Shown in pieces: positions 1 to 16,879 of a stretch of DNA of 64,000 nt (its first letter is position 1; the number at the start of each line of letters is the position of its first letter). Source of the stretch: Dicyema japonicum (taxonomy: Eukaryota > Animalia > Dicyemida); NCBI GenBank assembly GCA_011109175.1, contig RDEW01000005.1, positions 1,298,657 through 1,362,656 on the forward strand, given 5' to 3'. Both the position numbers and the translations under genes were made by a program. Under the pieces are notes generated by a model. It was not told the DNA's origin and did not search any database. It was given only the letters and a program-made list of their open reading frames with translations.

Positions 1-3000
1 TGATTATATGCAAAGATTACTATAAATATAGTCAAATGGTCAAATATTTTATGCTCCTCAAGGAAACTACAAACGTTGTCGGTAATGCAGAAACCCATAA
101 TGAGAAATGAAAGGTCCATAATAGAATGGGCATCAAACTCATCCATAACATCCATCAGAGTACTCCAATTCTCCAAAAGGTTAACACAAACATAAACGAC
201 ACGTGAGTTATCCATATCAATATCACTACATAGTTTTCTGATGCACAAAAAGGAGGAAAGCAGGGTCTCAGAATGGATTTCATTGCCATAACACGATTGA
301 AGGACATCGCCTCAAAAATATCTTTCATGTACTTCAAGCATTCCAGGAGAGTCCCTTCTTTGAGCTTCATTTCACCGCTACCAAGTAAAATGATGAGGAA
401 CCTCACAATAAGTGATACGAGCGAAAAATGGAGATTCGAAACATCGGTGATAGTCGTTAACTCATCATTAACGGTAGATCTCAGCAAGTCGGTTACTACT
501 AGTAGTAACTCCTCGGAGACTGACGAGATCTTCCCGATAGATAGGAATTTTTCAGACGAAATAAAGAAATAGTGATATTTCTGCAAATCGCCTTCGTTTT
601 GAGCACAATTCTAACATAAATTTGATCACTTACCTTCAAGTGGACGAATGACCGTCTCAATGTTATGTACATCAAATCAAGGGGCGGACAACTAAAAAAA
701 CTCATTATTCTACCCCCGGAAAGACAACGATGAAAGAGAAAGTAGCAAATCGCACAATTCGGCAACAAGAGCGACGTCGTTGTCATAAATATCGCTGCGG
801 TCACTCAATAATGCACACATAGAATCCCAAAACGAGCTTAATATCACAAAAAACGTACAAATCATCCACAACCAGAGTCTCATATCCGTTGATGACGAGA
901 ACTCGGTAGAAACGAACGACGTAAATCAAATAAAACACATTTAATGGACTATTCTTCTAAAAATTAGAAATATGTACATACAAACGAGTCAAGGATACCC
1001 TTAATGGAATTCTTGATAATCCACATGTTGTCTCCCTGCAAAATTTTCAAACAATAAAAACCTGAGTGAGCTGAGCAAAAAGTGAAGAAAAGTTAGAGCA
1101 AATGAACTCCCAAAAGTCCAAAACAGCCTTAATCACGTGCACGTTTGTACAGTTCTTAAATGTATAAAACGATTACCGTCAAAATAGCAGAACATCGACG
1201 GAAAAACAGAGGGCAGTAAATATCGACGTCTTCCAGATCGACCAAGGCCTACACCGATAAATAATAACTCTGACCCTTCCGAATAAGACCATTGCGTCAA
1301 AATAAAGGGTAATATTATTAGTGCAGATGTTATCACATAGTAGTATAATATCCGGGAGAACACGTGTGAACATTGAGAAAGCAAAATTCTGAGGAAAGTC
1401 AAGTGAATCGGAGAAACAAATTACAAACAGTCCGAGTGACTCATTGAATAGCTTGAAGTGAGGATGGCGGCACAGACTACGATCTTTGATATAAAATACC
1501 AGTTTACGGGCAAAACCGAATCATCGAATGATATAAAGTCAAACAAGGATGTAATGGGACAGTCCAGTCGGGCAGAATAATATTTCCGACTAGCCAGTTC
1601 TATTATTAACAGACGAAACGAATATGGGCAGTTTAATAGCAGGCTTTGGATAAAGTCGAACAGTCCAGCGACTAAAAGTTACCGTGAAATCAACCCAAAT
1701 CAACGTAAATCCAACTTTCACGGAAATCTAAAAAATTTCCGGAAAGTACACAGACTGTGTGGCACAGAAACCCTAGAATTTTATTCCACCATTTCAAATC
1801 GCCATCCCTGGAGACCTGTGGTTTGTGTAAAACAGTAACCTCGTAGTATTTTGTAAGAAAGTCAAGAAATGATAAAGTAAAACAATTTTGGTTCAAATCC
1901 AAGATCTCTGATTCGATAATCAGCATCAATTTGTCAAAATTCACAAAAAGACCGCGTTTCATAGCAGTTTCCACGAACTATGTAAAAATGAGTTTAAACC
2001 TTCAATCCACGTGGCAAAGAATGAAAGAATAAATCGATTAGAAGACAATAAAATTTAGGAAACTCAACGTCAGGGGGATCCATCTGAGTAAATCTACAAT
2101 AAATTGATCGAATACTGTATCATGGTTAGCAGTGTTTCCTCATACAGGTTCACATTTACTTGTGGGACAAGAAAATCTTCATGAAACGGAGAATTCCTAA
2201 TCAGCATTTGAAGAATGCAACAAAGAAATGAGTATAAGCGAGGATCTGAGGTCTCAAATTGTGAATCTTAATTATATTCTCCAAAAACCTCTGAAAAGCT
2301 TTAAAATTGAATAATTTAGGTGCATAATATTGTACGAGGACTTCCACACAACCAGATCCGTGTCTAGTCTTAGTAAAGTGACTTACTCTCGTCAAAATCG
2401 CCGGTAAAGCTTCCATTTGTCCCGTCTGGGATCTTCATGATTTCTTAAATAAAATTTGAAGTTTTACGATCAAAAAAGTGACTGACGAAATTGGCAGACT
2501 TTTTGACTTTGGCATAATTTGCCGCGTCAGAGTTTTTGTCGTACAGAAAAGAGCATGAGGACATCTGATATGTAATTTACCATCACCTGAAAGTCCTTTG
2601 TGATCAATTTGACATAGTCCAGGCAAACGGGGACCAAAACTTTTATTTGAGATATAAATTCCGTGATGTACCGGTATTTCCAGTCTGGTCCATCATAACA
2701 GAGAGATAAGATATCAACGAAAACCTAAAATTAACCATTCGTTGACTTCTGAAGGAATCTGCTGCATGTGCTTGGTCTTCAGCATCGCTTCGACCACCTC
2801 CAAGGCCAAAAGTTTTAATGACCGACTAAAAACGGTGTTTTCAGTCAAACACTGAAAGTAAACAACCATAATACTGTTCTACAATTCCACCGATCCTGGA
2901 TGAGGTTTAGCAGATTAACGAAAAATGAATGAGGGATCTCCGACTTGGTTTTATGAAAGAACCAGTATAAAAGAGGCAGTTGCGGACTTAACAACAGGTT

Positions 3001-3844
3001 CCCCGTTAAATCTGTAACATACCTCTTGTCTATTGCATGAAGTCTCACCAGAAGTACAGTGAGGACCAAATCGTTCAGCGTACTAAGGAATATATAAAAT
3101 TACTTTAATATAGTCATAGGAATGCAGGAATCGAGGGAATGTTCAGTCTTAATAAATATAAATAGCTTCCACCCTGCTTAGCAAACGAATGAGTTTGAAA
3201 AAGTCGAAATTGTCTCGAAATCTGTCTTCCCCCGCTAAATGTATAGTCAATCCCTCTAAGATGATTCTCTTCAAACAAACAAGAGGATAACCTTCTCAGT
3301 GATAATTTGAATTTGTAGACGAGTCTTCTACCAAATTAATCCCCAACTAAACAGATTCATCGGGTAGGAAGCCAAGTTCCGAGATATTCAGTGAGTTTCC
3401 CAGCATTATTACGTACTAAAGTAAATGTGAGTACAACTTTATCGATAATGCTATAATTTTCGGAGCTTTTCTCGGCCATCTAGGGATAAGCTCACAACTG
3501 ACCATTTGGGCCAATGCATGGAGGTATATTAGTCGTTCCATACACACAAAAATCAAAAATTGGCGATTTTGGTCGAATCCTCGGTCAAATTTAAACTACT
3601 GGTTATGGCCAATAAGAACAGAATAATTCGAAATGTCGATATTTAGATGCCTTTTAAAATAATTTGCTGCAATGTTGGCTGTCTTTGAGGGACTCAAATT
3701 CTTGAGGGTAATTTATAAAAATTTATACAAATAATGCTGACTTTTGGTAGATGAATTCAATCGCCGGTTCATTTTTTATTCCCATTCGCTTTAATATGCT
3801 ATAAATTTCGGTAAATACATTTTATACTCTCTCGTGGCATCCAT
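1..3844 (-). CDS. Large multi-exon gene of unknown function, running off the left edge
   Basis: ATG at 3844. Removing GT-AG micro-introns of about 21-29 nt gives a continuous frame (MDATRDILKRMGIKNEPAIEF...FDQNRQFLIFVCMERLIYLHALAQM...). Minus-strand ORFs 155-586, 1690-1974, 2201-2416 and 2845-3069 fit as exon blocks. No family recognised. Confidence 0.6.
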
Positions 3845-3989
3845 TACAAAAAACAAATTTTAAATAATTTTAAATTTTAAAATAAATAAATTATCATTAA
3901 ATAATTTAATATGCTGAAATATTATTAATTTTGAAATAACATTAAGTCTGTTTCGCCCACAAATTTCTAGAAACTTTGAAGGTTTTATA

Positions 3990-4790
3990 CCATTTAACAA
4001 TCAATGTTCAACTTTGCTCCCTTCTTGGGATTCCGAAGATATCATCAGGAGATAATTGTTATCATAAGTATTTATGACTAAATTAACCAACCAATGGATA
4101 GGAAGACGTTCTGTTCGCCTCTCACTTCTCACTATATGATACTTTTATAAAGTCGATTCCCATATATAGTAATCTCAAAGCTTGAAGAAAAGGGGCTTGA
4201 CTCATTCCACAGAAAATAACTTCAGTATCTCCTAGGACTGAAATGGCCAATGAGAATAAAAAATGATTAGATATACGTAAGATACCAACAAGCATATTAG
4301 TCACAAAGGTTTGACCACATTCTGAGAATGGACTCAAGAGCACCAGTAAATGTCATCATGGAAAACCACTTTGAGTATCTGAGATAAGATTCCGTGGACA
4401 TCCATTTACGACGCTTCCCTAAATTCTCAATAATTATCTGAAATTGGTAAATAAAACGAGGACGAAGACTTTGGTGTCCTGTGGAATCTGGCATCGAACA
4501 GAGGAAGATGGAAAATACTGAAAACAGAATCATCATAGCGCGAAATGTATAGAATTATTTTATTGATTTGGCATCTTTTATTAGAAAAATCAAAATATGG
4601 ATATTTCGTGCGTAATCTAATTTCTGAGAGGTTGTCTGACACAATGATAAATACATCATTCATTAATCTCCCTCTAACTTTTATAAAATTGTTTTTTAAT
4701 TCATACGACGCCCGGCCCCGAGTCAGAAAATTAATCAGGAAATTAATCAGGCCAAAACTGACTCTGTTCACTGGCCATCTATAGATCACG
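3990..4790 (-). CDS. Possible small spliced gene, unidentified
   Basis: Overlapping minus-strand ORFs 4427-4789, 4297-4536 and 4122-4343. I could not build a clean splice model. Confidence 0.3.
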
Positions 4791-5044
4791 TTACATTCGA
4801 ATAAATACTACTTTTACCTGCGAGATAAAAAAAGCAGTGAGTGTCTTGTAGATATTGAAACGCGAGGAAGTACGGGTTGAATTGCACATTTTGCGGGAGA
4901 TTTTTCCACCTCGGGTGTGTCCGTTTTGACACACCGAATAAAAATAGAAAAATATTTAAAATTTTTATTGTAAGTTTGTATTATATTCGTAAATATATTA
5001 ATATTCGAAAAATATTTAAATAAAAATAGACAGAATTAATTAAA

Positions 5045-5640
5045 ATGTCCGGCCTAATTTTCCTAGTTTGTCAGTTATTTTTTAATAACTTAATTTCATC
5101 TAAAATTTATTTCAAATACGAATCAAACAATGATTCCATTAAAGTCGACGAATATTATGAATTTCAATGGAATAATTTTATAGAAAAATATAGTTAAGTT
5201 TATTTTCACTTTCCAGATAAATCATATTCTGGTTTAGAACTCCACGTTAGAAAGGCTATTTTCACTGAAAACTTAAGATTGATTGACAAACACAATTTAC
5301 TATCAAAACAAGGAATATTTTCCTATGAATTAAGAATTACTCAATTTGCTGACATGGTTAATTCACACAAAATATTTGTAGACAAGACTAGAAATTAAAA
5401 AACCAAGCAAATTTGATTTATATAATACTCAGAATACATACGAAGATGAATTACTTGAAGATTATTCAACTCATGTTAATGGAAAAGGATATCATTCATC
5501 TTTTAATTGGGAAAAACGAAATTGTGTAACTGCCATAAAATATCAAGGAAGTGGATGTGGGTCATGTTATGCATTTTGTGCAGTAAACTACTGCTTAATT
5601 CATATAGTTGGCTACACTGGAGTCACATTTCCATCAATTT
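5045..5640 (+). pseudogene. Papain-family (C1A) cysteine protease, 5' half only (signal peptide, I29-like prodomain, catalytic Cys)
   Basis: Spliced read gives a signal peptide, an ERFNIN-like ELHVRKAIFTENLRLIDKHN, then FNWEKRNCVTAIKYQGSGCGSCYAFCA and ATLESH. Three 24-25 nt GT-AG introns. Homology stops near 5640 and I found no catalytic His/Asn exon. Confidence 0.8.
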
Positions 5641-5644
5641 AGAC

Positions 5645-5875
5645 ACAAGTCCTGTAGAGAAGACCAGAATAAGAACATTACTGTTCTTATCTTCAAGAAC
5701 TCCAAGATATCGGCATCCATCCAATCCATCGAGGAAACGAGCTATCTCAGACAGACTTCACGTTTGTTGCAGATTCAAAGTTTCTCTCCAACCCGACTGC
5801 ATCAAAACGATTCAACTTCCTCCAACATTATATCCATTGAGTGACTGTGGCGGGAAAACAACTTTATATCGTCCA
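5645..5875 (+). mobile_element. Probable LINE 3' remnant interrupting the protease gene
   Basis: Abrupt shift to higher GC content and no protease motifs. The low-complexity ORF resembles the 3' parts of the Ingi-like copies. Confidence 0.35.
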
Positions 5876-5884
5876 TAAATAGTA

Positions 5885-7260
5885 GGTGATTAGTTGTATA
5901 CGTTGGTTCCCCATTTCCCGGACTTACCATCGTTACTTTCGGAAATTTTCCGTTCACTATTCGACTGAGAGAGTCCATTAGCAAAGCAAAGATCTGAGGA
6001 AAAAACGAGTCCCCTGAAGAATTCCTCTTCTTATTTTAACTCCCAACGAATCTTCCATTTTGTGACAAGTTTCTGAATAAACCTGACAACCCAGCAGAAA
6101 AGACTAGAGTTTTGTAATACCTGGTCCAAAAACTGGTGGTCGACCCAGTCATAAGTTTTTTTGACGTCAATCCAGGTGGAATTCAAACTGTTTCGATTTC
6201 GTTGATTTACGTACTTGTTGACGATGGCCTGTTCTTCAACGCCTTGACACATTCTTCGAGTTCCCAGTTGGTTGTCACTTACCAAGTCATATATCTCAAT
6301 ATATTCTGATTATTTTTTGTTCACACACTATGTCAGTAGTTTATACAGCATACAAATAATTGGCCTTAACTTCTTGGGTGACTCGCATACATCCACTTTT
6401 AAAATAAGATACGCAATCCCAGTATAGAACCAATCACAAGGCGTATATTCATCATTTATAATCTTCTTAATCTCCTCACAAAGATATCCATGAACTGAAG
6501 TGAAGTTCTTGATAAAAAAAAGTTATAGACTCCATCACAACCAGATGCCTTCAAATTTGAAAACATCTTGATAGTCTCGATGATTTCTTCCTCAGTGAAA
6601 TTATAAAAGAGTTCTCTGATCCAGTCACTCTTTTGCTCTTTTTTCGCTCTTTTTTATTCAAAATACAACTCCAAAATGGAAGACATTCCTCCTCATTGAA
6701 ATTAATGACCGTCTTCTAATTATCTCCATTTATATTTCTATAAAATCGCCTTCTACTTAATTAAAAGCACCAGTTGGCACTTCTAAACCTCTTTCTTGAT
6801 TCGTAAACTCGCAACTTCCCATCAATCTTTATTTGATCGAGAACATATGAAGAAACCCTATCGAATTCTCCCCTCTTAATTTATTTCTTCGTCTAATTGC
6901 TTCTTCCCGTTCATTTCACTAGCCGTTTGAATTTGCTCAAGTTGTTGCTTAAGTTTAGTGAGTTTGTCTTTCATCAACTCTTCCCAATCACTTTTAGTGA
7001 TATTCTTGGTAAGACTCTCGTCCCCATCATTTATGATATCAGTAATATCTTTGATATCCAAACTAGGCAAGGAATATATTCCTTTATTGCTGCATTAATT
7101 TACAATCTCATTTCTAAGCATTTTTCTGGTATTCCTAGTGGGAATACCAAGGTTCCCTTCTGTTGTGAGTACTTTCACAATTTGGCATCTGAACTCCTCA
7201 ATGTATTTTTCAAAATTTGAAACTTTATTTTTTGTTTTTTCTCCACTAAAAGACCACAAA
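5885..7260 (-). mobile_element. Decayed R4/Dong-like non-LTR retrotransposon RT
   Basis: LRPIIC, NQLGTRRMCQGVEEQ, WIDVKKTYDWVDH and NHLLFMDDIKLF motifs, with stops and frameshifts. Confidence 0.75.
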
Positions 7261-7959
7261 GTGATTCATTCAACTTGGAAGAGAGCAGGCACTTAAAACG
7301 GATTTCAATGTCCCGTAATCAGAGGGAAATTCACGGGGAATCCTTTTGAATCTGCATTTTAGCGACTCAAACACTTCAACAGCTCATTGTTTCCGGTCCA
7401 CAGTGTGAACTTTGTCAACTATAAATTGATGACTCCTCCATGTGAAGGAGCTTGTGGTCCCGACAATATTTGCACTATTCACCTTTACAAATATTAAAAT
7501 ATCGTTGTCGACATTCATCCTCGATTTTGATGACTCCTCCATGTGAAGATTGATGTAGGGCTTTAATTTATTTCGTAAGACGTTTTTTAAAATTTAAATT
7601 CCAAACTATTTTTCACAACCTTTGTAAGAAGTCACTAAAAGTAATGTAGCTGGCTTGAAATCACGCTAGAAATTTAGGGTTGCCACCGTAAAAAATAAAA
7701 TTCTGGTAATAAAAGACTAGTTACATTTTTTCCTAAAACCATGGTTTTGGTTGTTTTTTGATTTCTCGGATTGATTTGATAGATTCTCGCAGTGATGTTA
7801 AAAATTCTTGAATTGATGTGACAGATTATCACTGATGTTAAAATTTATCGGATTGATGTGACACATAAGCAAGTGTTCTCACTCAGATTTGAAAACCCTG
7901 TAAATAAAGTAAAGTTGTTATGACAGGTCTCCATTATGGCCTGCAGGCATTGAGCACGA

Positions 7960-8100
7960 AATAGGAAGAAAGCAAGTAAACCTTCGATAGCTTTCATGAC
8001 TGTCAAGTTTAATATGGCGTGACGAGGGAATCTTCCGGAGCTCCGTCTGCATGTCAGCGGGTGTAGTTTTTTCCTGTCAACCATCGGCATTGCTGGTGGT
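7960..8100 (-). mobile_element. CRE-clade non-LTR retrotransposon fragment (zinc knuckle before the RLE)
   Basis: LHPLTCRRSSGRFPRHAILN matches the copies at 10.4, 32.5 and 48.1 kb. Confidence 0.7.
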
Positions 8101-8104
8101 TCAT

Positions 8105-9105
8105 AGAGCATGAAGTATCAAGGATAAGATTGCCATCCTTCAACTACGCCTCGGAAACAACCGTAATACTACTCTATCGATTATATGTATATGCACCGAC
8201 CACAGTGAGGGTATCCGCCAACGCAGAGGAACTTGACAATTTCTACTCGTCCTTATCATCGGCTTACTCCTCTTTATCCAGTTCCTACATGCTCTTTATA
8301 GCGGGAGACTGGAATTCAAATGTGGGGAAAAAGCGGGACGAATCAAATTGCCTGGGCAGCCACGCTCGAGAGATAGAATTCTGTCCGGAAAGGCCCTTAT
8401 AAATTTCTCCGAGTCATTTGGACTATTCCTTTGTAACACGGCGTTCCAACATGCAACACGACATATTACGACGTGGACAGGGAAGAGGAGAAACTCCTGT
8501 GGAAATCGAGTCCATATATTTAAACGAATCGACTACATACTATGCAAGCAAACACAGAGGGGGCTACTCACGGACTCTCGTACGTAGAGTGCCATGATGA
8601 CCTCAAGTGATCACAGACTATTAGTTGCACGTCTCATTTTAAAGCGACGTTTTGGAATCTCTAGAGCAGTGGCAGCATGTACGCGGAGTAGGACCTTGGC
8701 CGTGGAGGCTCTATGTGCTTCCGGCATACCCGTAAAAAGTACGTCGGGAAAATATCAAAACTGTTGGAAAATGTCGACACGAATATATCACCCGTGCTGA
8801 GTTGGAAGAATATTTCTATCAGAGTCAGGCAGACTGCTTGGATGGTACTGGGAAATCGTCCAAGGAGGTTCAAGTTTGACAAAGAAATAGAAGAACTGTC
8901 AAAAAAACCAAAGGAAACTCCGAATCTTAATCGATTCGTCAAACTCGACAAGCTAAACTGACTCTTAAAAGAGAACGCAACAGAATCAAATACAAAATAA
9001 AGAGAAGAGCGAGGGAACTAGCGCGGCATATACTGGATAACTTGGCAATAGAAGCCGAACGATACAAACATGGTGCAAGGATCTTAATTTTGAAATGGCC
9101 CTAAT
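8105..9105 (+). mobile_element. Decayed RTE-like LINE, APE endonuclease region
   Basis: YAPT, FIAGDWNSNVG, FLCNTAFQH, TTWTG, IDYILC and SDHRLLVA motifs. Confidence 0.85.
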
Positions 9106-9109
9106 CAAA

Positions 9110-9667
9110 TACTCGTTCAAAGAACCAAATCTTGAATATATTTTGTCCGGATAACGTGCCTGTTATCGAAATTTGTATATTTGTCTAAATTCTTAGTTAT
9201 TCTTCCCACGACTGTTTTGTTAGTTCCATATCGTTGGAGAATTACTCTATATGAACTTTTTTGTTCTATGATTTCCTCAGCAATCTTGTTTTTGGTACTA
9301 AAATCACTTCTCTTGTATGACGTCATAAGGTTAATAACAAAAAAATATTGATTTAATTCTTTAAAAATTGTCCCATATATATTAGCAATATATTTAAAAT
9401 TGTTAAATAATTTATATAAATTTACTACAAAAAATGCAAATATTGACAATTGTTAATAAATTGGTTAAAGTGTCCCATTTATACATTTTGTCCCGTCCCA
9501 TATAATTTTTAAATGTGTCACCACTGTTTTCCAATCTGTATTAAAAATTTGTATTAAAATTAAATTAAAAATTGGCCAATTAATTAGGAGAATAGGAATT
9601 TTTCTTAGACACTTTTTTTTCAAAATGTGGTCAACTTATAGATTGGCCATTTTGTGAGAGTCGACTG
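9110..9667 (-). mobile_element. pogo/Tigger-like DNA transposon, 5' end only
   Basis: Terminus TA|CAGTCGACTCTCAC at 9667 on the minus strand. HTH_psq-like ORF MTSYKRSDFSTKNKIAEEII...YGTNKTVVGRITKN. Confidence 0.65.
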
Positions 9668-10369
9668 TATATAAATCATGATTACGAATTTTAGAAAAAG
9701 CCCCACAAAAGACACCTGCACGTGTCTTATTATTATTTATTATTAATAGCAATGTCCGCGGAACCAGAAAAGTTAACTAATATGAGATTTCACTTTTTTC
9801 ATGCATCTCTGGACGCTGTGAGTCGTTTCCATCCTCTCCTGTTCCTGTTTCTCGAATCCGCGTGTATTATTATTTAAAGATAATATATACAGTTTTATTA
9901 ATTTTTAATTTACTATTAATTTCAGTACTGAAGATATATTGGAAAAATATTTTTTATAATTTATGCGCAAGTGATCAGCCAAGTACGTCCGTTGATGGAT
10001 TTTTTTGGTTGAGGTGTTGACGACGCCTCTATTGCACCATGTCTTATTCGTATTCCTTACCGACTTTTCTCGTTCACTCTGGGATCTTTTAATTGCAAAG
10101 ACCTTAAACAACTTTACAAGTAAGACCAACTGGCCATCTAACAAAATACATCTCTGTCTTCTGTCTACAAGAGACATCTGACATTATAATGGAAATGGCG
10201 GACGATCTGGACTACCTAAGAGAACTAGTGCGCAACAGAAGATTATGGTCGAAGTTGACGGAGAGGATGATTCTAAATACGGCACAAGGGAAACTTAGCT
10301 AATTTTATGTTTTCTCGGGAATACTTTTTAATAATAAGCCAACAGCGTGTCCGCGCTATAGACGGTTAC

Positions 10370-10900
10370 AAAAATTATTTAATTAATAAAAGTTCAATAA
10401 CTAACATTTGCTGCCATAAATTATTTAGAAGCGTGAAATAAATTTCTTCACGATGAATTCTTTCTGTAGTTACCAAAGCAAACCCAAGGGATCCTAGAAA
10501 AGAGACCGTCTTGGGCCTAAAGACTCCGTTCGTCTCGACAACAATGGGCTGAACATGGAATCTTTTGGAGAGGCTGTCGAAATTTTTTATCTTGAAATTC
10601 TTGAAAGTTCGAGCAGCCTCCACAGCTTTCAAAGCGGAACCAGCAAGTCTAGACTGGGAAAAGGTGTCGGTACAGGCCCAATCCAAACCATGTATTTCCA
10701 TCGAGAGAAGGGGCCCACCGGTTTCAGAGACGACGGGAATCCAGCCTCTTCAAGAGAGCGCTTCACAACCCTTTTGATGGGTGCATGCCTCCGGAACCGG
10801 CCTCTGATAAGATGGTAAGAGAACGGGTGATGTCCTTTACAGTTCACAACAGATCCACAACGGCATGGATGAGGCTGGCGATTATATCATTATGGACATT
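10370..10900 (-). mobile_element. CRE-clade retrotransposon 3' fragment (restriction-like endonuclease)
   Basis: GRFRRHAPIKRVVKRSLEEAGFPSSLKPVG, WACTDTF, KAVEAA and VQPIVVETNGVF motifs. Confidence 0.8.
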
Positions 10901-11742
10901 CTTTTTTACTGGACATGTTTTCTCTTTCTAGGATTTATTATCAGAACAGCTACGCTCTATTTTAATATAGACTTTGGTTCTGTTAACTTTGAATAAGTTC
11001 TACCGTTTTAGGGACCGCATACCCGCCATATTGACTAAAATTATTGGTTGAGGCATTATTAAAGCAACTCATTTTAGAAAAGTGACTGTAGGTTAATGCA
11101 TAAGTAATGCTTTAATATTTTCATTTGATATGTCGAAGGACTAGTCAACTTTTCCAATTTATTATTTAACGGTAACATTTGAATTACGCAACTTTGTTTA
11201 TTCTTACTGTCAGCCAAGATAGTTCTGTATAGAATGGACTATCTGACCTTTCATGATTTACAGGAAGATTCAATTTTTCATTAAATTTAATTTATCAAAC
11301 AAAAACCACCATCATAGCCAGAATTAGAAAATTAAGATGATCCCGGCATCCCTCAGCAGTCTTTGCATCTTCCCATGGTGTTCAGACTGTGTTCTGGCAC
11401 ATTTGGGATAAGGACAGGGTTCACGCACATGAATCTTCCGCCAGAACAACCATATAACCATATTTTTTAAGCTTCTGGAGAGGATTTTCTTGAAGAAGAC
11501 TTCTCCAGTACTTTCGCATCCTTTGACTGAATGCCGGCGATTTATCTCTGAAAAAATTATTTTGATAATATGTTGGGAAAATAAATAATAAATGATTTAT
11601 TTAAAAAAGAATAAATAATAAATAATTTAGCGGCTGTTCTCGTGTGGCTGGTGGTGTATAATTTTTGTCTTACTATTTTAATTATTTAATATTTAACATT
11701 ATGTAATCTTAAAATATTTTAAATTAATAATTTTAGTAAAGA

Positions 11743-15290
<3,548 letters not shown>

Positions 15291-15691
15291 ATCTTACTTT
15301 CCTGTATTATTTAGTTTGTGTATTTGTTATTTTTGGTCATTTCTTTATTTTGGGTCATTTACCATTTAAGTTACCGTTAAAGAATAATGTCTCGGTAGAC
15401 ATCTTTGAGCCAGTCGCTGTATAAATATCAGTAATCAGATCACTAATTCTGCTAAACCGTATCCGATCGCAAGGAGGAAAAAGATAAAAACTTTTATCAA
15501 TGTCTAATAATATTTTTTATATAAAAGTTATTCAATAAAGAATTAATGAGCATTCAAAACCACACGAAAGAACTGTATTAGTGTCTCTTGATATGAAATA
15601 AAGTTATTCCAAGGGCCAAGATAAAACTAACTCATTGTTCCTGATGCGTTCCAACGATTATTGAACTTGTCTCCCGGTTGAAAAAATAGTT

Positions 15692-15830
15692 GAATCCCTT
15701 TGATGCCGGCCAGAAATTGGGCGTCTCCTTAGTAGGGTGGATCCAATGACGCCTCCAGAAGAAAGGAAAATAAATTTTAAACCAACTACCCATATAGCAC
15801 CACATGGCGCCACCCGACTATGGTTGGCTA
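15692..15830 (-). repeat. Divergent copy of the hairpin plus HDV-like pseudoknot element
   Basis: Minus strand reads ggcgccatgtggtgc...GGCGTC att GGATCC accctactaagga GACGCC ca...GGATTC. Confidence 0.6.
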
Positions 15831-15839
15831 ATTACATTA

Positions 15840-16860
15840 AGAGGCCAAGTTGTAATAAAATCGAAAATCAAAACTCCCTCAAAGATTCCCACTATAGGCA
15901 CTATTCAATATATTTACAAGATATCTTTCAACTCCAAACTCTCGAAACACCATCCTTCTGTCTTATGCCAACGATATCATTGTGGCAGCGAGACACCGTG
16001 ATCACAAAGATGCTACGTGGAGGGTTCAAGAGACCCTAGACAATGTGAATCCATGGTTCTTTGATATCGACCTAATCTCTGAAGACAAAGAACTTCTGGA
16101 ACATGTACTAGTAAAAGCACCAGATATACTTGGGAAATGGTTTCTCACCGTGAACAGGGAAAAAACAGAACGGACATAAATAAGACGAATGAATAACCCA
16201 CTCGAAGAGAAATGGAGACACATAAAGAAACTTGGCTCACTACTAGGAGATAGCGAAGACATCATACGGAGAAAAACATTGTCAAATGCGGCATTACAAA
16301 GGCTGAAAAATCTTTGGCTAAAACGGAAAGGATATAACATAAAACAAAGGTTTATGTTATACAACACCTTCATCATACCAATCCTACTATACAACTCTGG
16401 GACCTGGGTCACCTCTAAGAGGAATTGGAGAGGCTAGACTCATTTCACAAGAATCATCTAAGAAACATAACTGGAATGTCCTGGCCATCCAAGATCTCGC
16501 GGAATGGACTGTACACCATTAAGCCACGAGATCATTAGCTTTCATTGGAGACTTTTTGGACACGTCCTGAGGTTAAACCCGATATCCCCTCCGAATATCG
16601 CAATGGAAGATTACTACTTCTCCAATGTAAAACGCTTTCGTGGAAGACCGAGAACTACTCTCCGGTCGTTCTACAAAACGATCTGAAAGCCGTGAAGAAA
16701 ACATTGGCATCTGGTGACGATCTGGACTCACTGAGGGACCTAGCAAAAAACAGAAGAGCTTGGAGCAATCTAACTAATTTTCTTATATTTTTTGCTGCAC
16801 ATGCGGGGAATATTATGGCTCTCGTGAAAGTGCTAGTAATAATAATTATCCCAATATAAG
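15840..16860 (+). mobile_element. RTE-like LINE 3' part with 3' UTR and (TAA)n-like tail
   Basis: IKKLGSLLG, RFMLYNTFIIPILLYNSGTW, WRLFGHVLRL and RGRPRTTL motifs. Confidence 0.85.
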
Positions 16861-16879
16861 AGTTGTTGATGGGGAAAGA

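Noticed and set aside
273-572. Numerous antisense ORFs in the supplied track (for example 273-572, 30831-31028, 59793-60113, 60196-60651)
   Set aside because: They are shadows of real exons or TE ORFs on the opposite strand and have no independent support.
7427-7550. 21-nt direct repeat TGATGACTCCTCCATGTGAAG (two copies) as a CRISPR, C/D box or ribozyme signal
   Set aside because: Only two copies, no cas genes in a eukaryotic context, and no D box or hammerhead core. It is probably part of a retroelement UTR.
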